Source: a virus
Lineage: Duplodnaviria > Caudoviricetes
IMG/VR virus record: IMGVR_UViG_3300014657_000050
Coordinates: 1-40,768 of that record
Length of the DNA stretch: 40,768 nucleotides
Reading direction: 5' to 3' (one strand)
The translations under genes were made by a program, and so were the position numbers. Below, one piece after another: positions 9,643 to 18,897 of this stretch. Numbering within the stretch: the first letter of the stretch is position 1; the number at the start of each line of letters is the position of its first letter. The notes under the pieces were generated by a model, which saw nothing but the letters and a program-made list of their open reading frames with translations, did not search any database and was not told where the DNA came from.

Positions 9643-12278
9643 TGCCGACCGACGAGTGCATCGCCAAGATCGCTGCCATCGGCCGCATCAGCAACCAGCG
9701 GGCGCTGGAGCTGTTGCAGCAGGTCGCGGGCCGTGCCGAAGAGATGCGCGCCACCGGCAAGCCCGATGCCAGCGTGGACGCAGCGGCGGCGCTTGCGGGC
9801 GACCTTCTCAACGCCGCCAAGCGCCAAAAGACCGATGCGTTGCGCAACGCCGCCAAACGCAATGCCGCGCTGGATGAAGTGGAGGCCGCAGGCGGCATCC
9901 GCACCGCTTACGATACGCTGCTTGCCATGCTGGTGGGCACTTCGAAGGGGACGAGGTTGGGCATCGAGACCGTGTGGCGCAGCGTGGCCGCGCGCCAGCA
10001 GGCAGTCGTCGGCTATGTGATCCGCGCCAATGGACTTGAGCGCACCGCTCGAAACGGTGACATTGATTCAGAGCTTGGCAAGGAAATCATCGGCCTCAAG
10101 GAAGGCGCCACGGTGTCCGTCACCGGCAACAATCCGGTGCGCAAGCTCGCGCAGGCCATCGTTCCGGCGCTCGCCACCATGCGGGCGCGCCTCAACGATT
10201 ACGGCGCCAACATCGCCGACGCCATGGATTATGTGGCGCACACCAGCCACGACCCGCGCAAGATCAGGATGGCAGCGGGCGCAGGCAAGAGTCTCGACGA
10301 TGCGTTCGCGGCGTGGTGGGGCGCGACCGAACCGCGACTTGCCGACAAGACGTTCGAGAATGTGATCCCCAACGAAGGCGAGAGCGACGCTGCGGCGCGG
10401 ACGCGGTTCGGCCGCTCGGTGTTCGATGCGCTGGTGTCTGGCGTGCATATGAGCCCGTGGGGTGCGCTCGGATTGTCCGCCGACGAGAAGGGCTTTGTGC
10501 CGATTGCTTATGAAGGTTCGCGCAACATCGCGCGAAGGCTATCGCAGCCGCGGGTGCTGCTGTGGAAAGACTCCGATGCGTGGCTCGGCAACCTGCGCGA
10601 CTTCGGCCAGGATGCTTCGATCAGCGCCGCGGTGATGCGCGGACTGGACAACTCGGCACGGCAGATGGCGCTGATGCAACGGCTCGGCACCGGCGCCACG
10701 GGGAATTTCAATCAGTTGATCCGCGACATTCAAGAAAAATATCGCGACGATCTTGATGGCGTGTCGGCGTTCAACAACAAGATCGACCGGCTTAAGGCCA
10801 CCATGGCGCATATCGACGGCACGGCCAACATTCCGGCCAGTGCCGATTGGGCGGGAGCCTTCGCGACCGTGCGTGCCGCGACCTCGATGGCGGACCTGGG
10901 CGGTTTGGGCGCCACCCACGCAGCCTCGACCATGTGGGCGCTCCCGGCCGAAGGCGTCCACCATGGCATTCCGCGCCTGCAATCCCTCGGTGAAATGGTG
11001 CGCGCTTTGGTGCAAGGGAGACCTTCCGCCGAGCAGCAGGAAATCCTCGCCGACATCGGCGCCTACAACCACGGCACCATGCGAGACCTTGCGACCCAAT
11101 GGCAACCGGACGCCGCCATTCCCGGCAAAGTCGCCTCGATGCTCAACACCACTCTCAAATTTACCGGCATCAATTGGCTGTTCGACCGCTGGCAGGGTGG
11201 TTTCCGCTCAATGCTGGCACAGCGCTTGGCGCGCGCCGAAGGCAAAAGCTTCGAGCAACTTGATCCGCACCTCTCGCTGATGCTGTCCAAATACGGCATC
11301 GGGCCGGAGGAATGGTCGCTCCTTCGCGATATTCCCGACAAATCAACGGCGGACGGCAAGAGCTTTTTGGTTCCATCAGACGTGCAGCGGGTGGACCGCG
11401 ACCGCGTTGCGATGAACCTGATTGAGCAAGGCCGTCCCATCGAGCACGTGGACCGCTACGTCAACGAACTGGCCGACAAGCTCACCTCATATTACGGCGA
11501 CGCCGCCGCCCATTCGGTCATCACTGCCGGCATCCGTGAGCGCGCCATGGTGCTCGGAACGAGCCGCCCCGGCACCCTGCAGGGCGAGCTTTACCGTTCG
11601 ATCGCGCAGTTCAAGATGTGGCCCATTGCAGCGATGACGCAAACGCTCGGCCGCGAAATCCACATGAGTTTGAGCAAAGGCGAGGCAACGTTCAACGTCG
11701 GCATGATCGTGGCCATGTCCACGGTCGCCGGCTACCTGCGCATGTCGGTCAATGCGCTTGCTGGCGGTCAGCCGTTGCCGTCGCTCACCGACATGACGCG
11801 CAAGCGTGACAAGAACGGACAGCCAATCGGCCTACCGAAAGGCGTCGAGAACCTGTTATCGGCCGCCGCGCTTGGCGGTGGGCTCGGTATCGCGGGCGAC
11901 ATGCTGTTCGGCGAACTCAATCGCGGCGCGCAGAAGGCCGAGGCTCTTGCGAAGTCCGTGGCGGGACCCGTGGTCGGCAATGCCTACGATGCGCTGAAAA
12001 TCGTTTACGACGACTGGCTCAACGGCAAAGCCGGATGGTCCGACATGGCACGTTGGGGCGTGCATCAGATACCGGGCAATAATCTGGTTTATCTGAAAGG
12101 GGCGTGGGATTATTTGATCCTATACCACCTCTATGAAGCCCTTAATCCCGGTTGGTGGGAACGGACCAACCGGAAAATGCTGCACGACCAGGGACAGAGC
12201 ATGGTCGGCTATACGCCGGGCGGCGCTATTCCCTACATGCCGTGGGGGTTGGGATCGCAACGGATGACGGTGCATTGA
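9642..12278 (+). CDS. large ejection protein (gp16/Bbp10-like)
   Basis: TAATG coupling; C-terminal QFKMWP, GGGLGIAGD, GPVVG and PGNNLVYL motifs. Confidence 0.8.
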   Translation: MPTDECIAKIAAIGRISNQRALELLQQVAGRAEEMRATGKPDASVDAAAALAGDLLNAAKRQKTDALRNAAKRNAALDEVEAAGGIRTAYDTLLAMLVGTSKGTRLGIETVWRSVAARQQAVVGYVIRANGLERTARNGDIDSELGKEIIGLKEGATVSVTGNNPVRKLAQAIVPALATMRARLNDYGANIADAMDYVAHTSHDPRKIRMAAGAGKSLDDAFAAWWGATEPRLADKTFENVIPNEGESDAAARTRFGRSVFDALVSGVHMSPWGALGLSADEKGFVPIAYEGSRNIARRLSQPRVLLWKDSDAWLGNLRDFGQDASISAAVMRGLDNSARQMALMQRLGTGATGNFNQLIRDIQEKYRDDLDGVSAFNNKIDRLKATMAHIDGTANIPASADWAGAFATVRAATSMADLGGLGATHAASTMWALPAEGVHHGIPRLQSLGEMVRALVQGRPSAEQQEILADIGAYNHGTMRDLATQWQPDAAIPGKVASMLNTTLKFTGINWLFDRWQGGFRSMLAQRLARAEGKSFEQLDPHLSLMLSKYGIGPEEWSLLRDIPDKSTADGKSFLVPSDVQRVDRDRVAMNLIEQGRPIEHVDRYVNELADKLTSYYGDAAAHSVITAGIRERAMVLGTSRPGTLQGELYRSIAQFKMWPIAAMTQTLGREIHMSLSKGEATFNVGMIVAMSTVAGYLRMSVNALAGGQPLPSLTDMTRKRDKNGQPIGLPKGVENLLSAAALGGGLGIAGDMLFGELNRGAQKAEALAKSVAGPVVGNAYDALKIVYDDWLNGKAGWSDMARWGVHQIPGNNLVYLKGAWDYLILYHLYEALNPGWWERTNRKMLHDQGQSMVGYTPGGAIPYMPWGLGSQRMTVH

Positions 12279-12421
12279 TGGAGGAAGTCACCTTCTTCAC
12301 TCGTTGGTCAAAAGTGATTGGCGATATGGTCATAAAATCGTGGTACTGCGATCAATGTCATGTCGAAGTCTACCAGCTAAGGTGTCCTCATTGCGGCAAA
12401 ACAAAGCGCGAGCGAGTATGA
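12278..12421 (+). CDS. small zinc-ribbon protein
   Basis: CDQC...CPHC; translationally coupled on both sides. Confidence 0.5.
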   Translation: MEEVTFFTRWSKVIGDMVIKSWYCDQCHVEVYQLRCPHCGKTKRERV

Positions 12422-12636
12422 CCGACGACCAAACAAACATCGTTGCGCTGTCGTGCCCCAAGAACGATGCCGAGAAGGCGGCCGACTACAAGGAACGCGC
12501 CGGAAAGCTCATCGGCGATCTGTTGGCGGTGATGCGGGAAGCCGAACGCGAGGATTTCCGTATCGAGTTTCAGATCGGGCGGGATTCCATCGGCATGCCC
12601 TATTGCATGGGGCCGTTTTTGAATAAGAGGTATTGA
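12418..12636 (+). CDS. hypothetical protein
   Basis: ATGA overlap with the upstream ORF; coupled to the next gene. Confidence 0.55.
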   Translation: MTDDQTNIVALSCPKNDAEKAADYKERAGKLIGDLLAVMREAEREDFRIEFQIGRDSIGMPYCMGPFLNKRY

Positions 12637-13178
12637 TGCGCTCAGTGATGTTGGACTTAGAGACATGGGGTACACGGCCGGGAAGTGCGTTGCGCTCGAT
12701 TGGAGCGATTGCGTTCGATGCGAGCGGGAGGATAGGCCGGGAATTTTATATGAACATTGGTGACATTACCTGCCGCGACGTAGGACTTGAGGTCGATCCG
12801 GCCACCGTCGAGTGGTGGGACAAGCAATCACAGAAAGCGCGTGATGCACTAGAAGTCGATCAGCAGCCGCTCAATCTGGTCGTTGATGCCTTTCACGAAT
12901 GGTTCGTGGCAGAAGGTGCCGTTTATATCTGGTCGCACGGCGCAAACTTCGACGAGCCGCTGTGGACCGCCGCCGCCCACGCTTGCGGCAGAAAAGTGCC
13001 ATGGAAGTATTGGGACTCGCGCTGTACGCGGACGCTGTTTCATCTGGCGCAACTTGATACGCGACGCATCCAGCGATCGGCGGGACGTGTGGCGCATAAT
13101 GCGCTCGACGATTGCCGCTTCCAGATCGAGTGCGTGCACATGGCTTATATGATGCTGCGCGCAGAGGCTTTAGCATGA
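12636..13178 (+). CDS. DEDDh 3'-5' exonuclease (Rv2179c/DUF5051-like)
   Basis: MLDLETWG, WSHGANFD, RCTRT and HNALDD motifs. Confidence 0.9.
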   Translation: MRSVMLDLETWGTRPGSALRSIGAIAFDASGRIGREFYMNIGDITCRDVGLEVDPATVEWWDKQSQKARDALEVDQQPLNLVVDAFHEWFVAEGAVYIWSHGANFDEPLWTAAAHACGRKVPWKYWDSRCTRTLFHLAQLDTRRIQRSAGRVAHNALDDCRFQIECVHMAYMMLRAEALA

Positions 13179-14632
13179 AGAAATTCCTCGCCTCACTCGC
13201 ACTGCTTCTGGCCCTCGCCTGGGCGGCCGACCTCGTCTGGCTGTCCGCCGTCCGCGCCACCATCACCACGACCTCGTCGAGTGTCACCGCTGGCGGCAAT
13301 GGCTCGACCACGGTATTTTCCTTCCCGTTTGTCGGCGTGCAGGCCTCGGACATTTCGGTGACGTACACGGATGCGAACGGCAACGTGACGGTGCTGTTGC
13401 CGACGCAGTACACGCTGTTTCTCAATCCGGCGCTGCCCGGATCGGTCTGGGGCATCGGTGGCTCAGTCACTTACCCGCTGCTCGGCTCGCCGATCACGAC
13501 CGGCACGACGCTGACCATCACGCGCGTCGTTCCCTATCAGCAAACAGTGTCGTCCAATCAAGGGCAGTTGTTCCCGGTCGCGGTCGAACAGGCGCTTGAC
13601 CTCCTGGAAATGCAAATCCAGCAGATCAATTTCATTGCGGGGCGCGCCATCGTCATCCCGGCCAACGATACCTGCACGGCGCTGTTGCCGTTGCCGCCGG
13701 CGGCGCAACGGACGAACGAGTTGGTCGGCTTTGGCTCCAATCCGTGCCAGCCGATCCTGGCGCAGCCATCGTCGGCCTTGGTGTCGGCGGCGATGCAGCC
13801 CGTGGTGGCGGCCTCAACGACCGCAGAGGCGGCAGCATTGCTTGGCGTCGGCGGCGCGGTGGCGAGCGTGCCGGTCGGGGCCGAACTCGACTGGCCTGGA
13901 TTATCGGCTCCGACGACATGGTTCCTGGAGAACGGCGCGGCCAAATCGCGCACCGCCTATTCGGCGCTGCTCGCGGTCATCGCGCCGGTGTTTGCGTGCA
14001 CGATCACGTCTGGGTCGTCCACCATCACCGGCATCGGCTCAACGGTGGGGTTCGGTACGGGCTGGATCATCGAGTCTCCCGGCTCAGGCGCGCTCACCAC
14101 GGGCCAGACGATCGCGACGGTGGGTGGGTCGTCGCTCGTCATCACCGGCGGCAATGCCTCGGCGAACGCGACGCAGTGCCAAGTGTTCCCCTACGGCACG
14201 GCGCAGGATGGCACGTTCTATCTGCCGAACCTCGCGGGGCAGATGACGGCGGCGATCGACACGGCGAACACCAATCTGTCGCCGACCTATTGCACGGGGA
14301 ATCCGGCGTACCTCAACGCGGTGTGCGGCGCTCAAGACGTGACCGCCTCCACGACGCTAACCGGAGCGGATATTCCGGCTATCACCTTCACACCGACCGG
14401 CACCATCAGCCCCTCGGGGCTCGCCAATATCATCAACAATGGAGCGGAAGGGTCAGCAGTCGGTTTCGTGGGGACAAACCCTGGCTTTTGGAGCGCTGAT
14501 TTCGACTTCACGTTTACTGGCGCTCCTATCACGATAGGCCATTCCAGTCCAAGCGCGGCTGTCAGTGCTCCATTCGCGACCTTGCCGCCGCTGCGCATCC
14601 GCAATCGAATCATCTACGCTGGCGCTCCTTAA
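13175..14632 (+). CDS. tail fibre protein (T7 gp17-type anchor plus collar domain) with N-terminal signal peptide
   Basis: GNGSTTVFSFPF, TLTITRVVP and EQALDLLEMQIQQ anchor motifs; collar motifs PVGAELDW..SRTAYSALLAVI and TFYLPNLAG; ATGA overlap with a GAGG RBS. Confidence 0.85.
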   Translation: MKKFLASLALLLALAWAADLVWLSAVRATITTTSSSVTAGGNGSTTVFSFPFVGVQASDISVTYTDANGNVTVLLPTQYTLFLNPALPGSVWGIGGSVTYPLLGSPITTGTTLTITRVVPYQQTVSSNQGQLFPVAVEQALDLLEMQIQQINFIAGRAIVIPANDTCTALLPLPPAAQRTNELVGFGSNPCQPILAQPSSALVSAAMQPVVAASTTAEAAALLGVGGAVASVPVGAELDWPGLSAPTTWFLENGAAKSRTAYSALLAVIAPVFACTITSGSSTITGIGSTVGFGTGWIIESPGSGALTTGQTIATVGGSSLVITGGNASANATQCQVFPYGTAQDGTFYLPNLAGQMTAAIDTANTNLSPTYCTGNPAYLNAVCGAQDVTASTTLTGADIPAITFTPTGTISPSGLANIINNGAEGSAVGFVGTNPGFWSADFDFTFTGAPITIGHSSPSAAVSAPFATLPPLRIRNRIIYAGAP

Positions 14633-14637
14633 ACCCA

Positions 14638-15006
14638 ATGGTGGCCAATTTGACGACTTCCGCCTACGAAGCGCTCGCGCGCGTCAACCAGATCGTGCCG
14701 CTCACGGGCGGCGGGACGCTGGGATTCTCGCTCGGCACCGGATCGACGCCGATCCTGTCCGTCAATCCACAGGTGCAGCGGTTGACGTTTCACAATCCCG
14801 CGGTAAACGGCGTGACGGTGTTTGTCTGCCAATCGGTGGACATGAACGGCAATGCACTGACGCCGGGGCCCAACCCCGGCAACTACGCGATCCTGCCGGG
14901 GGCAACAATGGTCTTTACCGGCAATGGTGTTGCGGGAGCATGGCTTGCGGCGGCGGCTTCTGGGTCGAATAATCCGCTAACGGTGGCGATCAGTCAGACG
15001 CTATGA
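14638..15006 (+). CDS. putative virion protein, paralogue of 15003-15380
   Basis: Shares LGFSLGT, TFxNP and DMxGNxLTPGPNPGN with the next gene. Confidence 0.7.
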   Translation: MVANLTTSAYEALARVNQIVPLTGGGTLGFSLGTGSTPILSVNPQVQRLTFHNPAVNGVTVFVCQSVDMNGNALTPGPNPGNYAILPGATMVFTGNGVAGAWLAAAASGSNNPLTVAISQTL

Positions 15007-15380
15007 GGCTTTTTCTCGCCCTGCTGCTGGCATTGATGACCCTGCCAGCGCAGGCCCAGCAGCAGACGATCGAACTCGACATCTCAGGTGGTGTGCTGGG
15101 CTTCTCGCTCGGCACCTCGCCGACGACGCTTTCCGGCATCCCACCTTCGACCAAGAGCATCACGTTCACCAATCCCGGAGCGGTCGCGGTCTATGTGTGT
15201 CCGTCGCTGGATATGACCGGGAACCCGCTGACGCCGGGCCCGAATCCGGGTAATACGGTGGTGGCTCCGGGCACGGTGGTGGTGTTCACCGGAACGGGTG
15301 TGCGGGAGAGTCAATGGCTTGCGGCGACCGCAACTGGATCGGACGTGCCGTTCACGGTGGTGGTCAGTCCTAATCAGTAG
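15003..15380 (+). CDS. putative virion protein with signal peptide
   Basis: MRLFLALLLALMTLPAQA leader; paralogue of the upstream gene. Confidence 0.7.
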   Translation: MRLFLALLLALMTLPAQAQQQTIELDISGGVLGFSLGTSPTTLSGIPPSTKSITFTNPGAVAVYVCPSLDMTGNPLTPGPNPGNTVVAPGTVVVFTGTGVRESQWLAATATGSDVPFTVVVSPNQ

Positions 15381-15385
15381 GTTAA

Positions 15386-15706
15386 GAGTTTGGGTCATTC
15401 GCGGTGGGTGCCGGTGTGGGCGCTTCACGGTCACACGGACGCCTCAATGAGGCGAACGGTGCTCGATGGCCTTGATGACCTGCAACCACTTTGCCGCGTA
15501 ACGCAGATCGTGAGTTTTGCGCCAGCGTCTTTCTGCATAATCGCGTAGTCGCCGAAATCGTTCGTAGTCGCAGCTCCGACCTCGCCGTAGGTCGTTAACC
15601 AAGTCGGTATTGTAAATCGCAAACAGGACGCCGCACATTTGTTTCCTCCGCGTTTGGGTGACCGCACTGAGCTTAAACCAACCGAGGCCGCGAATGAAAC
15701 AAATAC
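15386..15706 (-). mobile_element. mini gene cassette 1 bounded by inverted bipartite repeats
   Basis: Repeat copy A (15386-15436, minus) and copy B (15656-15706, plus) enclose one antisense ORF. Confidence 0.55.
15444..15638 (-). CDS. 64-aa basic hypothetical protein in cassette 1
   Basis: GGAGG RBS, ATG at 15638; MCGVLFAIYNTDLVNDLRRG... Confidence 0.55.
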   Translation of the reverse strand: MCGVLFAIYNTDLVNDLRRGRSCDYERFRRLRDYAERRWRKTHDLRYAAKWLQVIKAIEHRSPH

Positions 15707-16992
15707 TTCTCACGCTCGCCGTTCTCATCGGCCTCACGGCACAATCCTTCGCCCAAGGCTGCGGCCCCGCCAATCCCAACTGCATCGTCCCCACCGCCCC
15801 CTACGGCACCAACAACAGCCAGGCCGCTTCAACGGCCTTCGTGCAGCAGGCCATCCAAGGTTCGGGCGGCGGTGACGTGGGCGGTCCCGGATCGTCCACG
15901 GTTGGCGATGTGGCGATCTGGAACAATACCACCGGCACATTGCTTGCCGACAAGCCGCCCTTGCACATCTACGGCACCGTCACCGCCAACGATATATTGG
16001 CCGGGCCGACCTCCGGGAATGCTGACTTCCCGACTTTCCGGCCGCTCACGCTCGCCGACGTGCCGTTCCTCACGCCCGGCGGCTCCAACACCCAGGTGCA
16101 GTTCAACAACAACGGCGCCTTCGGCGGCGACTCCGGTTTCACCTATGCGGGCTCCGGCCAGGTCACGATTGCCACGGGCTCCGTCACATCGAGCACCACG
16201 GGCCTGCACCTGACGCAGACCTGGAATAACAATTCGCTCCTCGTCGGACCCTTGGTCATCGACGTGACCAACACCAGTTCGGCGCTGGGCTCCGCCATGG
16301 CGCAGATCAATGTCGGCGGTGTGACCGACTTTGAGGTGGTGCACAACGCCAACGGTCAAGTGGGCATCGGACCCAATCAGGCCTCCGGTGCCCGCAGCGT
16401 GTTCTTCGGCTCGATGAACGGCGGCGAGGCGCGCACCGGCATCAACTTCGGCTCGACCGACGGCTGGGAATGGTTCTCCAACGGCGACGGCTTCGCGCTC
16501 ACCTCACCTTCGAGCTTCGATTTCGCGACGGGGACTCTTTCATTCGGCGGCATCCTCAACGAGCCCACGGTCACGCTCGCGGGGGTATCGGGCGGCTCGA
16601 CGCTGGTGGTTGGCGGTACGCCGACCGGCAGCCCGAGCGCGCAGACCATCGAACCGCAAGAAGCCTCGGGCACCAATACGGTTGCCGCCGCGACCTTCAC
16701 GCTGGCAGGCCCGCTCGCCACCGGCACGGCCACCAACGGCGACCTCGTGTTCCAAACCGGCGTCAAGACGACTTCCGGCACGGCCGCAGGCACGGCCACC
16801 ACGGCGCTGACCATCAAGGGCGAGACCCAGCAAGTCCAGTTCGCCCAGCCGCCGCAATTCAATGCCTCGACCACATCGAGCGGCACGCAGACATTCACGA
16901 ATTCTCCCTGCTCCAGCTTGAGCACGGAGCGATGGGTGCCCGTCGCTATCAGCGGGCAGAGCGGCACGTGGTATTTCCCGGCGTGCCAATAG
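15694..16992 (+). CDS. tail fibre/receptor-binding-like protein with signal peptide
   Basis: MKQILLTLAVLIGLTAQSFA leader; PTAPYGTNNSQAASTAFV, GPGSSTVGDVAIWN and PGGSNTQVQFNNNGAFGG fibre motifs. Confidence 0.8.
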   Translation: MKQILLTLAVLIGLTAQSFAQGCGPANPNCIVPTAPYGTNNSQAASTAFVQQAIQGSGGGDVGGPGSSTVGDVAIWNNTTGTLLADKPPLHIYGTVTANDILAGPTSGNADFPTFRPLTLADVPFLTPGGSNTQVQFNNNGAFGGDSGFTYAGSGQVTIATGSVTSSTTGLHLTQTWNNNSLLVGPLVIDVTNTSSALGSAMAQINVGGVTDFEVVHNANGQVGIGPNQASGARSVFFGSMNGGEARTGINFGSTDGWEWFSNGDGFALTSPSSFDFATGTLSFGGILNEPTVTLAGVSGGSTLVVGGTPTGSPSAQTIEPQEASGTNTVAAATFTLAGPLATGTATNGDLVFQTGVKTTSGTAAGTATTALTIKGETQQVQFAQPPQFNASTTSSGTQTFTNSPCSSLSTERWVPVAISGQSGTWYFPACQ

Positions 16993-17003
16993 GGGAGGAA
17001 AGA

Positions 17004-17228
17004 GTGAAGGACCTTTTAGCTGTCGCGATGTTTCTTGGTGCGCTGCTTCTATTTGGACGGGCTCATGCCCAAATCCCGCAATCCACCGACGAAATCGCCC
17101 GCACCATCGGCATGTGCTCGATCCGCGCTGCCAATCTCAACGAGCAACTGATGCAGGCCAATGCCAAGGTCGAGGCGCTGCAGAAGGAACTCGACAAACT
17201 GAAAAACCCGGAGGCCAAGAAGAAATGA
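17004..17228 (+). CDS. secreted coiled-coil small protein
   Basis: GGGGAGG RBS, GTG start, signal peptide ending AHA, coiled coil. Confidence 0.65.
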   Translation: MKDLLAVAMFLGALLLFGRAHAQIPQSTDEIARTIGMCSIRAANLNEQLMQANAKVEALQKELDKLKNPEAKKK

Positions 17229-17485
17229 CCGACCCGGTCAAGACCCCGGAAGCCGTCGGCTTTCGCGAGGATGAGGACGGCGTCGATATGGTATTCGACA
17301 TCGGCTCCGACCGCGAACTGCGTATGATCGTACCAGCCGAGGCCGCCATTGCCTGGGGCCAGGCGCTCATCGCCTGCGGCACGCAGGTGAAGCATCGCCG
17401 CATGATGCGCGAGGCGGTGTTGATCGCGGATGCCAAGGGCATCTGGCACCATCGGACCCCGTGCCTGGGAAAGTTGGACTCTTGA
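17225..17485 (+). CDS. hypothetical protein
   Basis: ATGA coupling; phage-like codon usage. Confidence 0.55.
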   Translation: MTDPVKTPEAVGFREDEDGVDMVFDIGSDRELRMIVPAEAAIAWGQALIACGTQVKHRRMMREAVLIADAKGIWHHRTPCLGKLDS

Positions 17486-17679
17486 TCGCCAAGTGGTTCT
17501 GCGACGTGCACCCGCGCCAGATGCTGGTATTCGTCAAGCGCGACAGCGTGCGGCAACTGAATCTGCAAATCTGCCAAGCCGCCTATTGTCCGCAATGCTG
17601 GCGCATGCAGCAGGCGCAAATCCTGGCCGCAGGCTACGCCCGCGCCAAAGCTGCTCCCCGCATGGTGGTCCGCAAGTGA
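17482..17679 (+). CDS. hypothetical protein (CxxH/CxxC)
   Basis: Overlap-coupled on both sides. Confidence 0.5.
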   Translation: MIAKWFCDVHPRQMLVFVKRDSVRQLNLQICQAAYCPQCWRMQQAQILAAGYARAKAAPRMVVRK

Positions 17680-18158
17680 TGGGCGAGGTCACCTGGCTCG
17701 TCATCAAGGTCCTGTGCGGCTATCTGGTGGCGGCCTTCGTCATGCTGGTGTTCGTCGTCATGCTGATCGTGGCGCTGACCTTCGGCCACGCCCACGCCAC
17801 GGCTTATCCACACCTTGACCTGATCCATGACGACGGCCGCTTCGCGGACTCGCCGCTGCGCGATTGGTTCAATGGGCTGGCCAGCGGTAAGGGGCCCTGC
17901 TGCTCGAATGCCGACGGCATCAGCATCCAGGATCCCGACATCGACACGGTGGAGGGGCGGTGGGAAGTCCGCATCTGCGCGCATTTTCAGATGGAGAGGG
18001 AAGGCTGGGCGACATGCAAGGAGAAGGCTTGGCTGCCGGTGCCGGATGAGGCCTTGGTGAAGGAGCCCAATCGGTATGGGCCTGCGGTGGTGTGGCCCTA
18101 TCCGAATGGGAATAATGAGACCAGAGTTCGTTGCTTCATTCCAGGTGCGGGGACCTAA
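17679..18158 (+). CDS. exported Cys-rich protein (CCSxADG family)
   Basis: Hydrophobic leader ending AHA; WFNGL...CCSNADG...PNRYGPAVVWP...RCFIPG. Confidence 0.7.
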   Translation: MGEVTWLVIKVLCGYLVAAFVMLVFVVMLIVALTFGHAHATAYPHLDLIHDDGRFADSPLRDWFNGLASGKGPCCSNADGISIQDPDIDTVEGRWEVRICAHFQMEREGWATCKEKAWLPVPDEALVKEPNRYGPAVVWPYPNGNNETRVRCFIPGAGT

Positions 18159-18160
18159 GT

Positions 18161-18466
18161 TTGTTTGTATCATTCGCAGGCGGTGTGGTGTAGGCTCGGT
18201 GCGGTCACCCAATCGCCGAGGACGAAATGGCGAGAACGATTTGGCACGTCGTCGCAAAATTGATTAATCCAGCGGCCGAGCCGTTCGCAGTTTTCCGTGT
18301 TGACACCACAATTCGAAAGGGTGACGGTGTGGAGGGCGAGGTCATGTCGCTGCACTATAGCGAGCAGGAAGCCGAGGCCCGCGCCGCGGAGCTTGACGAA
18401 GAATTTGCTGCGCTCGGGTGACCGCCCCGCGCCGACACCCCACCAGATCGCCAATGAAACAAAACC
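18161..18466 (+). mobile_element. mini gene cassette 2 bounded by inverted bipartite repeats
   Basis: Repeat copy C (18161-18210, minus) and copy D (18416-18466, plus) enclose one ORF. Confidence 0.55.
18227..18421 (+). CDS. 64-aa acidic hypothetical protein in cassette 2
   Basis: GAGGA RBS; its stop codon is the TGA of the GGGTGACC repeat. Confidence 0.6.
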   Translation: MARTIWHVVAKLINPAAEPFAVFRVDTTIRKGDGVEGEVMSLHYSEQEAEARAAELDEEFAALG

Positions 18467-18492
18467 TTCCCCTCCCGACTTAACCTGACATA

Positions 18493-18897
18493 ATGTGGTC
18501 CTCCGACATCCACAAAGCCCAACTCAACAGGATCGAGCGGAAACTGGACCGCCTGCTCTATCTGTTCAAGAAGGAAACCGAAATCATGTCCGTTGACATC
18601 ACCGCCCTGACTGCCGAAGTCGCCAACAACACCGCCGTCGATGCGAGCGTGATCCAGCTCGTGCAGAATCTCGTCGCCGAAATCACCACCATCTCCGGCA
18701 ATTCGACCGACGGCGCCACGCAGACGGCACTCAATGCGCTGGTCGCCACCCTACAGAACAACGATGCGCAGATCGCGGCTGCGGTCGTGGCCAATACGCC
18801 CGCAGCCTCCGGCGCGACCGGCCCCACAGGCGCTACAGGCGGCGCAACGGGCTCGACGGCCGGCTCTACCGGAGCAACCGGCCCGACCGGCTCGTGA
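18493..18897 (+). CDS. coiled-coil phage protein with short G-X-T tail
   Basis: LTAEVANNTAVDASVIQL; C-terminal GATGPTGATG; coupled to the endolysin. Confidence 0.7.
   Translation: MWSSDIHKAQLNRIERKLDRLLYLFKKETEIMSVDITALTAEVANNTAVDASVIQLVQNLVAEITTISGNSTDGATQTALNALVATLQNNDAQIAAAVVANTPAASGATGPTGATGGATGSTAGSTGATGPTGS

Noticed and set aside
15656-15706. Repeat as a simple ECF-sigma promoter (GTGACC...CGAA)
   Set aside because: The 25-27 nt spacing is too long for a -35/-10 pair.
13175-16992. Diversity-generating retroelement, as in BPP-1
   Set aside because: No reverse transcriptase ORF and no adenine-mismatched TR/VR pair seen.
18805-18897. Collagen-like fibre protein
   Set aside because: Only a few interrupted G-X-Y triplets.
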